The translations under genes and the position numbers were made by a program. A stretch of 63,570 nucleotides of DNA, counting the filler, from Craspedostauros australis (lineage: Eukaryota): the NCBI GenBank assembly GCA_030167865.1. It is 19 parts of 19 records of this genome, joined end to end, with 100 filler letters (N's around TTAATTAATTAA, not from the genome) between each part and the next. Parts side by side here need not be neighbours in the genome. Positions count along the whole stretch, not along the records: positions 9,685 to 13,633 come from JALAGF010001178.1; positions 13,734 to 23,327 come from JALAGF010001179.1; positions 23,428 to 25,300 come from JALAGF010001180.1; positions 25,401 to 28,114 come from JALAGF010001183.1; 15 more parts are not named here. One strand, written 5' to 3'. Each line of letters begins with the position of its first letter. The stretch's first letter is position 1. A model generated the notes under the pieces. It was not told the origin of the DNA, made no database searches, and saw only the letters and a list, made by a program, of their open reading frames with translations. Below, one piece after another: positions 12,601 to 25,575 of the stretch.

Positions 12601-13633
12601 NNNNNNNNNNNNNNNNNNNNNNNNNNNNNNNNCCTTGTTGATTGCGACGTGTCATGAATGCCCCGATGCCGCTCTTGCGCTGGTCGGCAGAGGCACTTCC
12701 CGAGGCAACAGGAGTCGTCGTGTCCTGACCATCTATTCGCTGACGTTTGCTCTGTCCCTGCGTATCAAGTGATGCAACTCCTCTTCTCGCATCTCGTTCT
12801 TGTCGAAGTGCAATGGCACGTGCACGCTGCGCGGCAGACATAACTGCCCATTCATCACGGTCGTAATATCTGTCGGTCACGTTCATGTTGGCATTGTATT
12901 GTGGTTTGCTTTTGTCGCCGCCTTTACCACGTCCGCCCCTGCCACCCCGGCCTTGGCCTCCACCGCCACCTGAGCGGCCTCGGTTCTTCCTGTTATTGCC
13001 TTGCATCCCTGCAATACGTCGACTTGTTGTTGTGTCAGTGCGCTGATCGAGAGACTCTGCGAGGTAGTTCACCGTTCGATGAAAGCTGGTCTTGTACGTT
13101 TTCGTTGCTCGTACAACCTCGCATGCTGGGAACAGACGTTGGTCTCTGATTCCTCGCATAAGGCGTCTGACTTTTGCTTCTTCCATCTGTGGTTCACCTC
13201 CCTGCGCAAGATCTTCAAAGGCTGCATTCAGTCGCTGCGCGTACATCTCAAACGTGAAGTTTCGTGCTCTTCCGTCGAAGTATGTCTCAGCAATCGTCTT
13301 GTCAGCCGATGCTTTCGTGCGTGCTTGAAAAGAGTCTCCACGATAATGTTGCTCAAGCGCCTGATGAGCTGCTCGTCCGTTTTTCGATCTCTCGAATCCC
13401 TGTACCCAATTCCACGCAGGACCACCATGTGTTGCAGCTCGAACGACTTGCCAAACTGCTGCTCTGTCTGCTTTATAAATGGAACCAGAATGGGGTGCAC
13501 GGTCAATCAGCTCGTCCAACATGGTTGGTTCTCCAAATGATGTTATGATAGCGGGAATTCTGTCCTCTGGCTTCTCTGATTCTGGTCGAACAACGTATGC
13601 AAGTGGAATGTCTTGACTCCCAAGTGTGTTGTC
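9685..13633 (-). mobile_element. Ty1/copia (CoDi-type) LTR retrotransposon gag-pol, partial, with one premature stop
   Basis: Domain order is gag (GSQDIPLAYVVR), protease (AELDSHADTC), integrase (YTDTMF...PDNAREL...NKAEATIREL), then RT (IFDIKVDLTRKARLVAGGH, DVMNAYLNA, VYTDD). An in-frame TGA sits at 10262-10264. Confidence 0.93.
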
Positions 13634-13733
13634 NNNNNNNNNNNNNNNNNNNNNNNNNNNNNNNNNNNNNNNNNNNNTTAATTAATTAANNNNNNNNNNN
13701 NNNNNNNNNNNNNNNNNNNNNNNNNNNNNNNNN

Positions 13734-14895
13734 GGGAACACAGCACTGCTCTCACCTTGTTGCGATGATTTCGCCGCAAGCTATGTTCAACAAGCGCATT
13801 GTATGAATGGGCATGTTTGCCAGACGGGCGTGGAGAAATGTAGAGATAGGTGAGTTGGGTAGTCTGCTCCAAGGCTTGCTGAAGTGCTTCCATCTGTGCC
13901 GAGAGGGTCTCGGGTGGAGCTTCAGACATGCCAGGATTCCAAAAGCGACTGTATTGGAGAGAAGACAAGCTCTTGTTTCCCAGGAGCGATATCAATGCGT
14001 CGAACCATGTCATCTGCTCTGGCTCCGATGACCCAATCCAAACACCAGAAACACCAAGCTCCTTCAGGTGTGATGCATCTGAAAGGAGGTGGATGATCCG
14101 GTCGATTTCTTGTGAGTGGATGTGTTGGGTGCTGTTGTCCCGACAGATATTGATTTGGAGCTTGTTGATGCGCTTGTTTGACTGGAATAGCTTTGCCAAG
14201 GTATCACAAGTGACGCGGGTGCATACGAAGGATACTTCAGTGATACTGCAATTGTTTGGAGACAGCCATCTGCACAAATCAGCGCCCCCATTGGCGAGCT
14301 TACAGTTACTAAACATAACATATTTGGAGTTTTGGGAGATGTTGAACATGAGCTTGTCGCAATCAACAAGATCACATGAGCACAAATGCACACAATGTGA
14401 CACAAGAGGGATCTCGTGGAGCTGCTTCATCTCCACGAAGGACTTGTCCAATTCGATGCATTCGTCGAATGAAGATTTGAGTGGGTGTTCGGCAGCCAAT
14501 CGAAGCACGAAGCGAATCGCTTGCTTGTCTTCTTCTCCCAATTGGCCATCCCTGCCGAAGTTCAGATACAGGGATCGAATGCGCATCCGCCTGCAGCCCC
14601 AGTACCACCAATTGCTCAGTAGAACATGAGGTGATAAAGCAATGTGCTTGTGCCGCCGCTTCATCGATTTCAAGTCAGAAAAGGTGAATCCTGCTTCGAT
14701 GGCCATGTCCCAGTATTCCGTCCGCTTGGGTGTGACACTGTAGCAGTCAATCTGCTGTCTTGGATGACTCTGCACATTGAACACGGTCTTCGGTGGTAGC
14801 TTGTTTCGATGGAGTTGTTTCCAGAAAGTCTTGAAGTCTGGATCATGGTTGATGTTGGTATTGGTGTTGGCGACAGCATCCATGTTGCGGTTCAT
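13734..14895 (-). CDS. LRR-like (RNI-like) solenoid protein, paralogue 1, 3' truncated by contig end
   Basis: Periodic LxxLxL strands (INKLQINI, HLKELGVSG, SLSSLQY, QLTYLYI) and a C-terminal LRRN cap. Homologous to the two copies downstream. Confidence 0.65.
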
Positions 14896-16010
14896 CCTCT
14901 TCTTGTCGTTTCTGTCGTTGTTGTCGTTGCTGATCGTTGCTGATTGCTACTGATGATGATTGTTGCTGTTGGTGGTCGTTGCTGTTGGTGGTACAATCGT
15001 ACGAGTAGAGCTGATAGAGCAGGCAGAGTATGTGGTCCCAAATCAGTTGCGCTTGGATGGCGATTGTGAGTTCATCTGCTCAAGATTGCTGTCCTCCATT
15101 CCATGATCCTGTACATTGATCACGAAGCAACGTGTCGTCAGTCAACACGCCTGCGTGGACTTGCGCAGTTCCTCACGGTGTATGACATGCTATGCGATGG
15201 TATGGCATGGTATGGTATGGTATGATACGACCGTGGACAGCTACATCATGATCCGAAGCTGACTAGCTCGCTCGCTCGCACGATACGACCTTCGATGGTG
15301 CCCAACTTGTCCACGCTGTGCAGTTGCGCCTCTTCATGTGATACCATTGTTTGTGTAAAATGAATAGACACATCCCTCTGTGATGGTCTTGGGGGAGTCA
15401 ACCACGATACTATTGTATTATACTCCAATCGATACAGTTCTTCGGGAGTTGGATGTTATCGAACGACTCCGATGGGCTGATCCACGATGTGAAGAATCCA
15501 CGATGACTTCTTCGGTGGACGTCAGAGGCGTTTTCTCGTGTTTTGTGGCGATGACGATGACGACGATGGTGACACCACTCATGTTTCAATTCACAACAAA
15601 CGTATCCAGGACTCATCTCGCCTCACTCAATCATTGCGAACTCTGTGGCGATGACGATGGCCATGGTGGTGCTGCTGCTACAGACATCGCTGCAGAATAC
15701 TGATACAGATCGTCACAACCACAACGGTCACATAATGATCACCGTTGCCATCAAGTATATATTCACAGAGCATGCCAATACTCTCGCTCTCTCTCTCTCT
15801 CTCTGTTTCTGGGGAGAGACTTCGAACGATGCCAGCTGGTTGACTTGGTTCCTCACTGATTGATCGCCCAACCACAGAGACAGCCACAACCAGAAGAATC
15901 ACAGCAACGGCAGCATTGGCAGCAACAACGTGGTTGATGCATCAAAAGATGATGATTGGTGCCATCTGCATTGCGTGCATGGTGGTGGCAACGAACTCAC
16001 TGTCATCACC
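13734..16010. repeat. Segmental duplication unit: LRR-like gene plus ~1.1 kb upstream, repeated at ~18660-20860
   Basis: Non-coding blocks shared nearly verbatim, e.g. GTCCCAAATCAGTTGCGCTTGGATGGCGATTGTGAG and AAACGTATCCAGGACTCATCTCGCCTCACTCAATCATTGCG. Confidence 0.9.
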
Positions 16011-16433
16011 ATCCCCGACACTTTTCTTCCGTTGTGGATTGAGAACCACCGATGGCCATTTCCTCTGACAGGCGCAACAATCGCAACGGCGACACCATCA
16101 TCAACATCAACCACAGTGTTGTATCGCATCGCATCAGCCCGTTGCCTCAAGAATCACTGGAGAGAGGGAAAGAGAGAGAGAGAGAGAGAGTAGATCCACC
16201 ACTGGACGTTGGACATTGGACATTGGATACTGGATACTGCGCCATCAGCAATCACGTTAGTCGCAACAGGCCATCCATTCAATATTGAGCATCGATCATT
16301 GTGCGATTGAACGATTGAACGATTGAACGAACGATTGGAGGATTGAACGAAGCAACAGAGCGGATCATTCCCAAAACAACCCAACCCAACCCAACCCAAT
16401 ACAACACAAGACAACAGAAGACAACACAAATCG

Positions 16434-18043
16434 ATGGAAGACAACAGACTCCCGTTCACCAGCAAGGCTTCACGGTCGTCCTTCTCCACGTCCGGCATTG
16501 AACGAAAGATCGGTCACCAGTACGGCCGCAACTCTGCACCATCACCAAGCCCCATGTCGTCATCGGCAGCATCATCGCCCACCGGCTACGCCTCCGCCTA
16601 CACCTCCAAGTACATGGACGACCTGGGCGGCAAGCAGCAGACCGTGTACGGCGATGACAATGAGGCAGAGTTCTCCATGCACTCGCAGCAGGACTTCGAC
16701 GCCGACATGGTGGACTCCATCAGTGCGAGGAGGGTGGTGGACAGCGACGAGGAGCCCTTCGACGAAGGCCTGGATGAAGGCCTGGATGACGACATTGACA
16801 GCGACAACAGCGACGACGATGAAGGTGCCGACGCCAACAGTCGCAGTCGCAGCCACAGCCACAGCCAGAGTCACAACGTCAGCGCGGGTGCCGCCGCCAA
16901 CACGCAGCAGATAGATGACAACATCCACATCATCGAAGATGACGATGACAACATCGAGAGCCAGTGTTCCGATGAGGAGGCGGGCGACAAGATGACCGAT
17001 GGAGGCTTCGATGAGTTCACAGACGAGGACGACTCCATGCGAGATGACTCCTTTCGTGACGAATTCCGTTCCACATCCGACCAGCGCCCACGCGCGATCG
17101 GAACATCTCCCAACACCAGCACCGCGCCGTCCAGGACGCCCCAGCTGGCCAGAGGCAGCCCCAACGCCTCCTCCAACGGGGGCTCGTCCTTCGGCTTCTC
17201 CGCCGCCAAGAGGATGTCCTCCATCCGCCAGGAAGGTGGACTGGAGCCAGTCGTCGAAGGCGAGGAGGGCGACGAGACGGAGCGACCGTCCACCAGAACT
17301 GTCAACAAACGCAAGCCAGGCGAATTCGGTGCCCATTCCAATGGGGACTCCGGGATCTTCTCCTCCATGGTCTCCGCCAAAAACGACGGCACCCAGCGCA
17401 CGGCCACCACCTCCAATTCATCCAACAGCAACCATGGCAACCAGGACTCCACCAACCCCCTTTCCAAGGAATCCAACCACAGCAATGTGGACATGGACAC
17501 GGACATGGATGGTGAGGATCCAGCTTCCACCAAAGACCCAACGTCTACCTACATCTCCACATCCGCCAACCGCCTCATGAGCGGCAGTTCCGCTTCAGCC
17601 GGGTGGTTTTGGACAAAAGCCAATCCACTCATTCCGCCATCCTCCTCAACGAGACCAACGACACCAATGAGGACATGCCCACCCAGCTCGTCTCGCGCAC
17701 CAACTCCATCGAAATATCCATCACTCCCATGATGCCCACAACTGCTCCGGCGCAAACCATCAATCAAGATCCACCAGTCACGCAGCTCACGCGAAAAGAA
17801 TCCATCGGACCCTCCAAGGGATCCAGCCAGCATCTCGATCCGAAGAACGTGGCCGAGCAGGACACCGGCAACATCACAAGCATGCATTCTGTCGACATTG
17901 AGGCGCAGACGGCCACCACCACCACAAAGCCGACGTTGCAGGAACCAGCACCGAACAAAAGCACCAACATGGTCCCCGTCGTCATCGTGGCTGTCCTCAT
18001 CATCGTTGGTGGCATCGCAGCAGGCGTCGTGCTGGCGGGCTGA
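16434..18043 (+). CDS. Acidic/Ser-rich disordered protein with a C-terminal TM helix; split over two frames (frameshift or intron near 17520-17600)
   Basis: ORF 16434-17732 is D/E/S-rich. ORF 17603-18043 ends in a hydrophobic helix, VPVVIVAVLIIVGGIAAGVVLAG. Confidence 0.5.
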
Positions 18044-18482
18044 AACATCGGTTTTGTTTTGCGACTCTCGCTGCCGACGCCTCTGACTTTCGTTGACCGC
18101 AAGTCAAGCATGCCGATCGTCGGAGATAGAGTATCCCAAATAGTAGAATCATATTATAGTATCATCGTGACTCTCTTTGCTTTGTTTGGTGTTGACGCTG
18201 TGTGGTTTCTCGTCGTTGCGGATGCATCACTATTGTGGTCTTGGCAGCAACGCGCACGGGCATGGGCATGAGTGCTACATACTCACACTCGATTCGCTTG
18301 CAGTCAGTGGATTTGGATGAGAGCAGTTGTCTTACAGTTGTTTAAGGTGATACAGCATCGCATCAATCATCGACACACCTTTCTTTGCTTTGTAAACACC
18401 AATCAGAAGCTCCGTCGCTTTCACGAGTGTGGCCAGTTGGCTGCCGATTTCATTGAAGGCCCATGACCTTATCGCTGCGGCG

Positions 18483-19820
18483 CTATTTCTTCTGTCGTTG
18501 CTCATCGGCATGACGATCGTCCCATGTCTGTTTCAACATGTCACTGCACTGTAGCAGAATGTGAAAAGTCTCGTTCGTGGAACCCATTGGACCCCAACGT
18601 TTGTTTGTTCTCATCAGCATCTCCCCAAACAGGGCCTGTGGCCGCGACCATGTCGGAAGGGAACGCAACATTGATCTCATCTTGTTGCGATAATTTCACC
18701 GGAAGATACGTGGAACAAGTGCATCGTACACACGGGCATGTTTGCCGGGCGGGCCTGGTCGAATGTCGAGATAGGTGAGTTGGGTAGTCTGCTCCAAGGC
18801 TTGCTGAAGTGCTTCCATTTGTGCCGAGAGTGTCTCGGGCGGAACCTCAAACACGCAGGGATTCAGGAAGTCCCGGTATCTGAGATATGACAAGCTCTTG
18901 TTTCCCAGAAGCAATATCGGAGTGTCGAACATCCTAATCTGCTCTTGTCGCGATGACCCGTTCCAAAGATTGAAAACCTTTAGCTTCTTCAGGTGTGATG
19001 CATCGGAAAGGAGTTTGATGATCTGGTCGATTTCTTGTTGTGAGTAGATTCGTCGGGGGATGCGGACCAGACCGAAATCGATGTTGAGCTTGTTGATGCG
19101 CTTGTTTGACTGGAATAGCTTGGCCATGCCATCGCAAGTGATAGTGGTTTTTGAGAAGGATACTTCGGTGATGCTGCAATTGTTTGGAGACAGCCATCTG
19201 CACAAATCGGCACCCCCATTGGCGAGCTTACAGAAACTAAACTCAACGTGTTTGGAGTTTTGGGAGATGTTGAACATGAGCTTGTCACAATCAACAAGAT
19301 CACATGAGCACAAATCCACACGATGTGTCACAAGAGGGATATCGTGGAGCTGCTTCATCTCCACGAAGCATCGATGCAAGCGGATGCGTTGGTCGAATGG
19401 AGATTCGGGTGGATGGTGAGCAGCCAATCGAATTACGAAGCGAATCGCTTGCTTGTCTTCTTCTCTGAATTGGTCAATGGTGCCGAATTCCAGAAACGGG
19501 TATAGAATGCGCATCCGCCCGCAGCACTGGTGAGACAAACAAGTCAGTAGAACATGAGGTGATAAAGCAATGTGCTTGTGCCGCCGCATCGATTCCAAGT
19601 CATCATAAGTGTATCCTGCTTCGACGGCCATGTCCCAGTATTCCATCCGCTTGGGTGTGACACTGTAGCAGTCGGTCTGCTCTGCTGGTGTGCACTGTGG
19701 AGTGAACACGGTCTTCGGTGGCAGCTCTTTTTGATGGAGTTGCTTCCAGAAAGTCTTGAAGTCCGGATCATGGTTGGTGTTGGTATTGGTGTTGGCGATG
19801 GCATCCGTGTTGCAGCTCAT
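18483..19820 (-). pseudogene. LRR-like protein, paralogue 2, with a nonsense codon at 18696-18698
   Basis: The other paralogues read CGG-CGA-AAT (RRN); this copy reads CGG-TGA-AAT. The homologous C-terminus (LPTWSRP...WGPMGSTNETFH) continues in frame to 18483. Confidence 0.75.
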
Positions 19821-20949
19821 CCTGCTGTATGTTGTCGATGCTGTTTATGGTGGGGGCTGTCGATAGTGTTGGTTGCACAACAGCAGAGCAGACAGAGTAT
19901 GTTGTCCCAAATCAGTTGCGCTTGGATGGCGATTGTGAGCTCATTTGCTCAAGTTTGCTGTCCTCCATTTCATGATCCTGTGCATTCATCACGAAGCCAA
20001 GTGTCGTCAGTCAACATGCCTGCATGGACTTGCGCAGTTCCACCACTGTGTCTGGTATGGTGTGGTGTGGTGTGATACGACCGTGGACAGCCACATCACA
20101 ACCCGAAGCTAGCTAGCTCGCTCGCACGATACGATCTTCGATCCTGCCCAACTTGGCCACGCTGTACAGTTTCGCCTCTTCATGTGATACCATAGGTCGT
20201 GCAACATGAGTATAGCACATCCCTCCGTGATGGTCTTGGGGGAGTCAACCATTGTGCCATACGAATGCATACTAATAGTAGTATGTGCTTCGGCAGTTGG
20301 ATGTTATCGAACGACCGCAATGGGTAGATCCACGATGTGACGAATCCACCACGACTTCTTTGGCGGACATCAGAGGCGTTTCTCGTGTTTCGTTGAGAGG
20401 GTGACGATGGCGATGATGAGGATGACACCATTCGTGTTTCAATCGACAACAAACGTATCCAGGACTCATCTCGCCTCACTCAATCATTGCGAACTCTGTG
20501 GCGATGACGATGGCCATGGTGGTGCTCCTGTTGCAGACATCGCTGCAGAATACTGACACAGATCGTCACAACCACAACGGTCACATGATGATCACCGTTG
20601 CCATCAAGTGTCTATCCACAGAGTACGATACCTACCAACGCTCTCTCTCTGTTTCTGGGGAGAGACTTCGAACGATGCCGGCTGGTTGACTTGGTTCCTC
20701 ACTCATTGATCGCCCAACCACAGAGACAGCCACAACCAGAAGAATCACAGCAACGGCAGCATTGGCAGCAATGACACCAACGACGTGGTTGATGCATCAA
20801 TAGAGGATGATTGGTGCCATCTACATTGCGTGCATGTTGGTGGCAACGGACTCACTGCTTCACCATCCCCGTCATCCTCACTCCAACGCAGAAGCGAAGC
20901 AGTAGCAGAAGCAGCAATGGGAGTGGGAGTGGGAACCACCAACCAATAT

Positions 20950-21692
20950 GGAAGATTGCCGTGATCGACGGTGGCATCGCCGGTCTCTTCTTGGCGCATG
21001 GTTTCGAGAACAACAGCAATACCGACACCAACGACAACAACGTCGCTTGGGAGGCATCATCCGAGGCCGAGCGCATCCAGCAACAGATGTGACAGCAGAT
21101 CGATGGTGCCAAGATCCGCACGCACATCACAAGGCCCATCATCGATCGACTCATCGACAATGCCGATCGATTCTTCGAGTTGGGGATCTACTTCCACAAT
21201 CCCTTTGCGCGATGTACGAAGGCGATGATGGCCACCACCGGAAATCGCAACCGTGGCTGCAATGGAAGCACCAGCGCAGACAAGGTCGCCATCCTTACTG
21301 TCTGCGGTGATGCGGCGCACGCCATGTCACCGTTCCTGGGACAGGGCGCCAATGAGACCATCCAAGACGCCTACTACCTGGTCAACGCCATTCGTCAATA
21401 CAATATGCAGTACGATGGACCAGCCAATGGTTGGAACAGCCTCGAAGAGATCCTGCAGACAGATTACAAAGACAAGCGATGGTCCACCACCACAGGCATC
21501 ATGGGCATCACGCTCAAGGCTGGTCTGCTGGAGTACCTGGAGGCCTCGTTGGGGCCATTGGCCAAGTTCCGGGATGTGTTGTTCTTCACCATGGACAAGA
21601 TGGGCGTTGTGAAGAAGATCTTTCTGGATGCTGCCATTCCGAGGGTACGAGAATGTATGGAGCGGCGTGAAATCATGATGTGGTGCAGATAG
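20950..21692 (+). pseudogene. FAD-dependent monooxygenase (FAD_binding_3 type) remnant
   Basis: Degenerate Rossmann motif KIAVIDGGIAGLFLAH and the GD motif GDAAHAMSPFLGQGANETIQDAYYL lie only ~350 nt apart. There is an in-frame TGA at ~21090. Confidence 0.75.
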
Positions 21693-21936
21693 GTTCCGCG
21701 GACGCTTTCACATTCTGTTATTAGACATTCCATACTTCTCACCAATTACCGCACGCAATCGCAATCACTCAACCAACCATCTCCCTTGTTCCATCCTGCT
21801 CGGACGACAACACACATACACATTCACCAGAGTATCAATACTGTCTTCATGCGCTGTTCTAATTACTTGACGACCAGAGTACTCCAAGGCCATCCAGGAT
21901 CGCATCAAACATCTATGTGCCTTTCTTTTCCGCACT

Positions 21937-23277
21937 TCAAGCAGAAGCATCATCAACTCGGACGAACCAATCCGCTCTCTTGTCATCCCGCGCCTGTTTC
22001 AACATCTCACTGCCCTGCAACAGAAGATGGAAAGTCTCGTTCGTGGAACCCATTGGACCCCAACGTCGGATTCTTGTCATCAGCATCTTCCCAAACAGGG
22101 CCAGCGGCCGCGACCATGTTGGAAGGGAACACAGCACTGCTCTCACCTTGTTGCGATGATTTCGCCGCAAGNTANGTTCAACAAGCGCATTGTATGAATG
22201 GGCATGTTCGTCAGGCGGGCGTGGTCGAATGTCGAGGTAGGTGAGTTGGGTAGTCTCCCCCAAGGCATGCTGAAGTGCTTCCATTTGTGCCGAGAGGGTC
22301 TCTGGGGGAACCTCAGACATGTCGGGATTCCAGAACTCCAAGTATGTGAGAGATGACAAGCTCTTGTTTCCCAGGAGTGATATCAAAGTGTCGAACCATG
22401 TCTCTTGTTCTTGTCGCGATAACCCGTTCCAAATACCAGAAATCGTGAGCTTCTTCAGGTGTGATGCATTTGAAAGGAAATTGATGATCTGGTCGATTTC
22501 TTGTCGTGAGCACATTTGTTGGGCGCTGTAGTCCCCACAGAAATTGATGCCGAGCTTGTTGATGCGCTTGTTTGACTGGAATAGCTTTGCCAAGCTATCG
22601 CAAGTGATACGGGTGGATAAAAATGTTGCTGTGGTGACTCTGCAATTGTTTGGAGACAGCCATCTGCACAAATCAGCGCCCCCATCGGCGAGCTTGCAGT
22701 CACTGAATACAACGTGTTTCGAGTTTTGGGAGATGTTGAGCATGAGCTTGTCGCAATCAACAAGATCACATGAATCCAAATACACACAATGTGTCACAAG
22801 AGGAATATCGTGGAGCTGCTTCATCTCCACGAAGGACTTATTCAATTGGATTCCTCTGTCGAATGGAACTTTGAGTGGATGTTCGGCAACCAATCGAAGT
22901 ACGAATCGAATCGCTTGCTTGTCTTCCTCTCCAAATTGGTCAATGGTGCCGAATTCCAGTTTCAGGGATCCAATGCGCATCCGCCCGCAGCTCTGGAGCC
23001 ACGAATCGCTCAGTAGAACATCAGGTGATATAATAACGATCTTGTGCCGCTCCACCATCGATTTCAAGTCAGCGAAGGTGAATCCTGCTTCGATGGCCAT
23101 GTCCCAGTGTTCCATCCGTTTGGGTGTGATGTCGCAGCAGTTGACTTGCATGTCGTAGTTGCCATCCGTAACGACGATGGTCGTCTGTGGCAATTGTTGT
23201 CCATAAAGCTGTTTCCAGAATGCCTCGAAGTGAGGGTCATGGTTGGTGTTGGCGACATCATCCATGGTGCAGTTCAT
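21937..23277 (-). CDS. LRR-like (RNI-like) solenoid protein, paralogue 3, apparently complete
   Basis: 446-aa ORF homologous end to end with paralogues 1 and 2. Confidence 0.7.
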   Translation of the reverse strand: MNCTMDDVANTNHDPHFEAFWKQLYGQQLPQTTIVVTDGNYDMQVNCCDITPKRMEHWDMAIEAGFTFADLKSMVERHKIVIISPDVLLSDSWLQSCGRMRIGSLKLEFGTIDQFGEEDKQAIRFVLRLVAEHPLKVPFDRGIQLNKSFVEMKQLHDIPLVTHCVYLDSCDLVDCDKLMLNISQNSKHVVFSDCKLADGGADLCRWLSPNNCRVTTATFLSTRITCDSLAKLFQSNKRINKLGINFCGDYSAQQMCSRQEIDQIINFLSNASHLKKLTISGIWNGLSRQEQETWFDTLISLLGNKSLSSLTYLEFWNPDMSEVPPETLSAQMEALQHALGETTQLTYLDIRPRPPDEHAHSYNALVEXXLRRNHRNKVRAVLCSLPTWSRPLALFGKMLMTRIRRWGPMGSTNETFHLLLQGSEMLKQARDDKRADWFVRVDDASA

Positions 23278-23599
23278 CCGTTTCTTGTTGTCACTGTCGT
23301 CGCAGTTGTTACGGCTGATGCCGATTGNNNNNNNNNNNNNNNNNNNNNNNNNNNNNNNNNNNNNNNNNNNNTTAATTAATTAANNNNNNNNNNNNNNNNN
23401 NNNNNNNNNNNNNNNNNNNNNNNNNNNTTCACAGGATTGGCAGCCGAGGTGAAGACGATGTCGTGGTGATTGGCAAAGCACTGTCGTCTGCGTCGTACAG
23501 ATCGCCAATGCGCTTCGTCGTATTCCGAGACGATTGGATGTTGCTGGTTTCCATTGTGAGACTGGTCAACGTGGAGTGTTGTTGGCTGTCCTGGCCTGG

Positions 23600-23850
23600 C
23601 ACATTCTGTTGTTGCCGCGCGCAGTCATCATCTTGTCTTGCGGAGGAAGAGTCACACGATGTCTCTTCCTCTGTTGTGACTCGTTTCTCATGACGTGGAA
23701 TACGTTCCCTGTGACGTAGAAGACGGATCAGCGAGAGCAAACACNNNNNNNNNNNNNNTATCCAATCGCCGTTTCTCCCAAAAGCAAGCAAACCAGTGAC
23801 AACAAGGGGCCAAAACTCCACAACTAGTGTTATCGTGAGTGCATCAACTG
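23600..23850 (-). repeat. Dispersed repeat shared with ~35140-35375
   Basis: The reverse complement matches CTCACGATAACAC.AGTTGTGGAGT.TTGGCCCCTTGTTG.CACTGGTTTGCTTGCTTTTGGGAGAAACGGCGAT... at 35150. Confidence 0.8.
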
Positions 23851-24427
23851 CGACCTGGAGGTAGTACCATCATTTTGGTCTCAACGCGTGATGCAATAAC
23901 ATGAAACAAAGTACATAGATCAGAACAGTCTAAACTAAAATTCTATGCTACAGAGAAGAAGCCGATCCAGTCATGTTGGTCGCCTTTCTTCGTAGGTCAC
24001 GAACGAGTCATGAGTACCAATGTGAAATCCGAACGTGAGTGCCACATGTGACATCAACACAGGGGTGTTCATGTGAAATGCGATAGGCCTTTGTTGAAGC
24101 GCGATTCTTGTCCTCTTCAGCGAATGAAACAGAGAACAAGAGAGAAGGGACCAGGTCGAACAGAGTGCGCAACTCCAGGCGCTGAGAGGCATGTGTGGAA
24201 CCACATGTGGCCAGCCTCAGCGGATGTTTGCGTTGCTGAATGGATGTTGCCTCGCTTCCTCCGTCCGCCCTGGTGACTTCCAAAGAGGAGGTGGAGTCAT
24301 GATGACGCGAAGATCCCATTTGTCCATCCTCTGAGCCACTCGGACGTTGCATATTCTGCACGAGTAGAACACTCACGGCCACGATAACAGCAGCAGAGTA
24401 CCAACACGAGCATCCAACACCAATGGT

Positions 24428-25300
24428 ATGGCATCTCACCGCTCTTTGAGGACCACCGGAGTACTCCCTATGGCATCAGCGAGGTCCAGTGCCTCCCCAA
24501 CACCCGCTGCGGCGATGGGATCAACAAGTAACATGGCATCTCCTTCCACTTCAGCCACACCACAATGCAGCAGGACATCGCTTCGCCTTCACGACACCGT
24601 CTTGACGTCAGGAAATGACTTCTACGATGATGGATACAATGAGGTCGAGCTCGACACAGAAGTGCCAAGCTCGCTCTTTGGCAATCGCCGCAGCGGCAGT
24701 GATGATGGCAACAACGATGGCAACAACGATGGCAACGACGATGGCAGAGATGGAATGTTTGGACGTGAGGAGGAGCTGCGAACACTCCATCACACATTCA
24801 AGCAGATGATACACAATTCCAAATCAAAAAGAAATAGGGATAGGAAAGGGACCGCCCAGAAGTCTTCCGTGAATACCACCCTTCCGTCTCAGACATCTAT
24901 GGATGTGACCACCGATCGATCCTTCGTTCCAGCCGCCTTCGTTTGGGGTACCAGCGGTACGGGCAAGTCCAAGCTCGTCGACGTCTTCTGTGATCAGTTG
25001 CTCNAAACGANCAATACCCGCAAAGGCAGAGGAGTCCGTGTGCTGAAGGGCAAATTCCAGGAGCATCAGCAAGGCAATCCCTTCTCCGCCATCACCCAGG
25101 CGCTGTCCGATTGGTGCAAGCAGCTGACTCCCTCGCATTCATCACTGACGCCCATCAAGGAGGTCGGCAGTGGGGAGAGGTATGAAGAGATGAGCGATGA
25201 CGATGATGAAGATGTGGATGTGGATGTGGATATGGATGCAGATGGCCACCCAGCGAAAACAGCAGACGATCATCTCAAGACGGACAAGCAGCAGCACCAC
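24428..25300 (+). CDS. STAND/AAA_16-type ATPase, N-terminal fragment
   Basis: FGREEELRTL, Walker A GTSGTGKS and KGKFQE...PFSAI. Paralogue of 57382-61593. Confidence 0.8.
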
Positions 25301-25575
25301 NNNNNNNNNNNNNNNNNNNNNNNNNNNNNNNNNNNNNNNNNNNNTTAATTAATTAANNNNNNNNNNNNNNNNNNNNNNNNNNNNNNNNNNNNNNNNNNNN
25401 CTTGTCGAAGCGTGGAAGCAGTGGGCCTTCCTCGGCTGCTCTTTTATCGACCAAGTGGAATCGCAGCGATTCGATATTGAGGTGGTGGACACCGTCGATG
25501 TCACTGGCATGAGACCTGCTCTATCCACCGTGGGTAATCAACCATATTCCATCTTCTACCATCCCAGCTCATGGG

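Noticed and set aside
17512..17598. GT-AG intron joining ORFs 16434 and 17603
   Set aside because: Its 87-nt length preserves frame, so it cannot account for the frame change.
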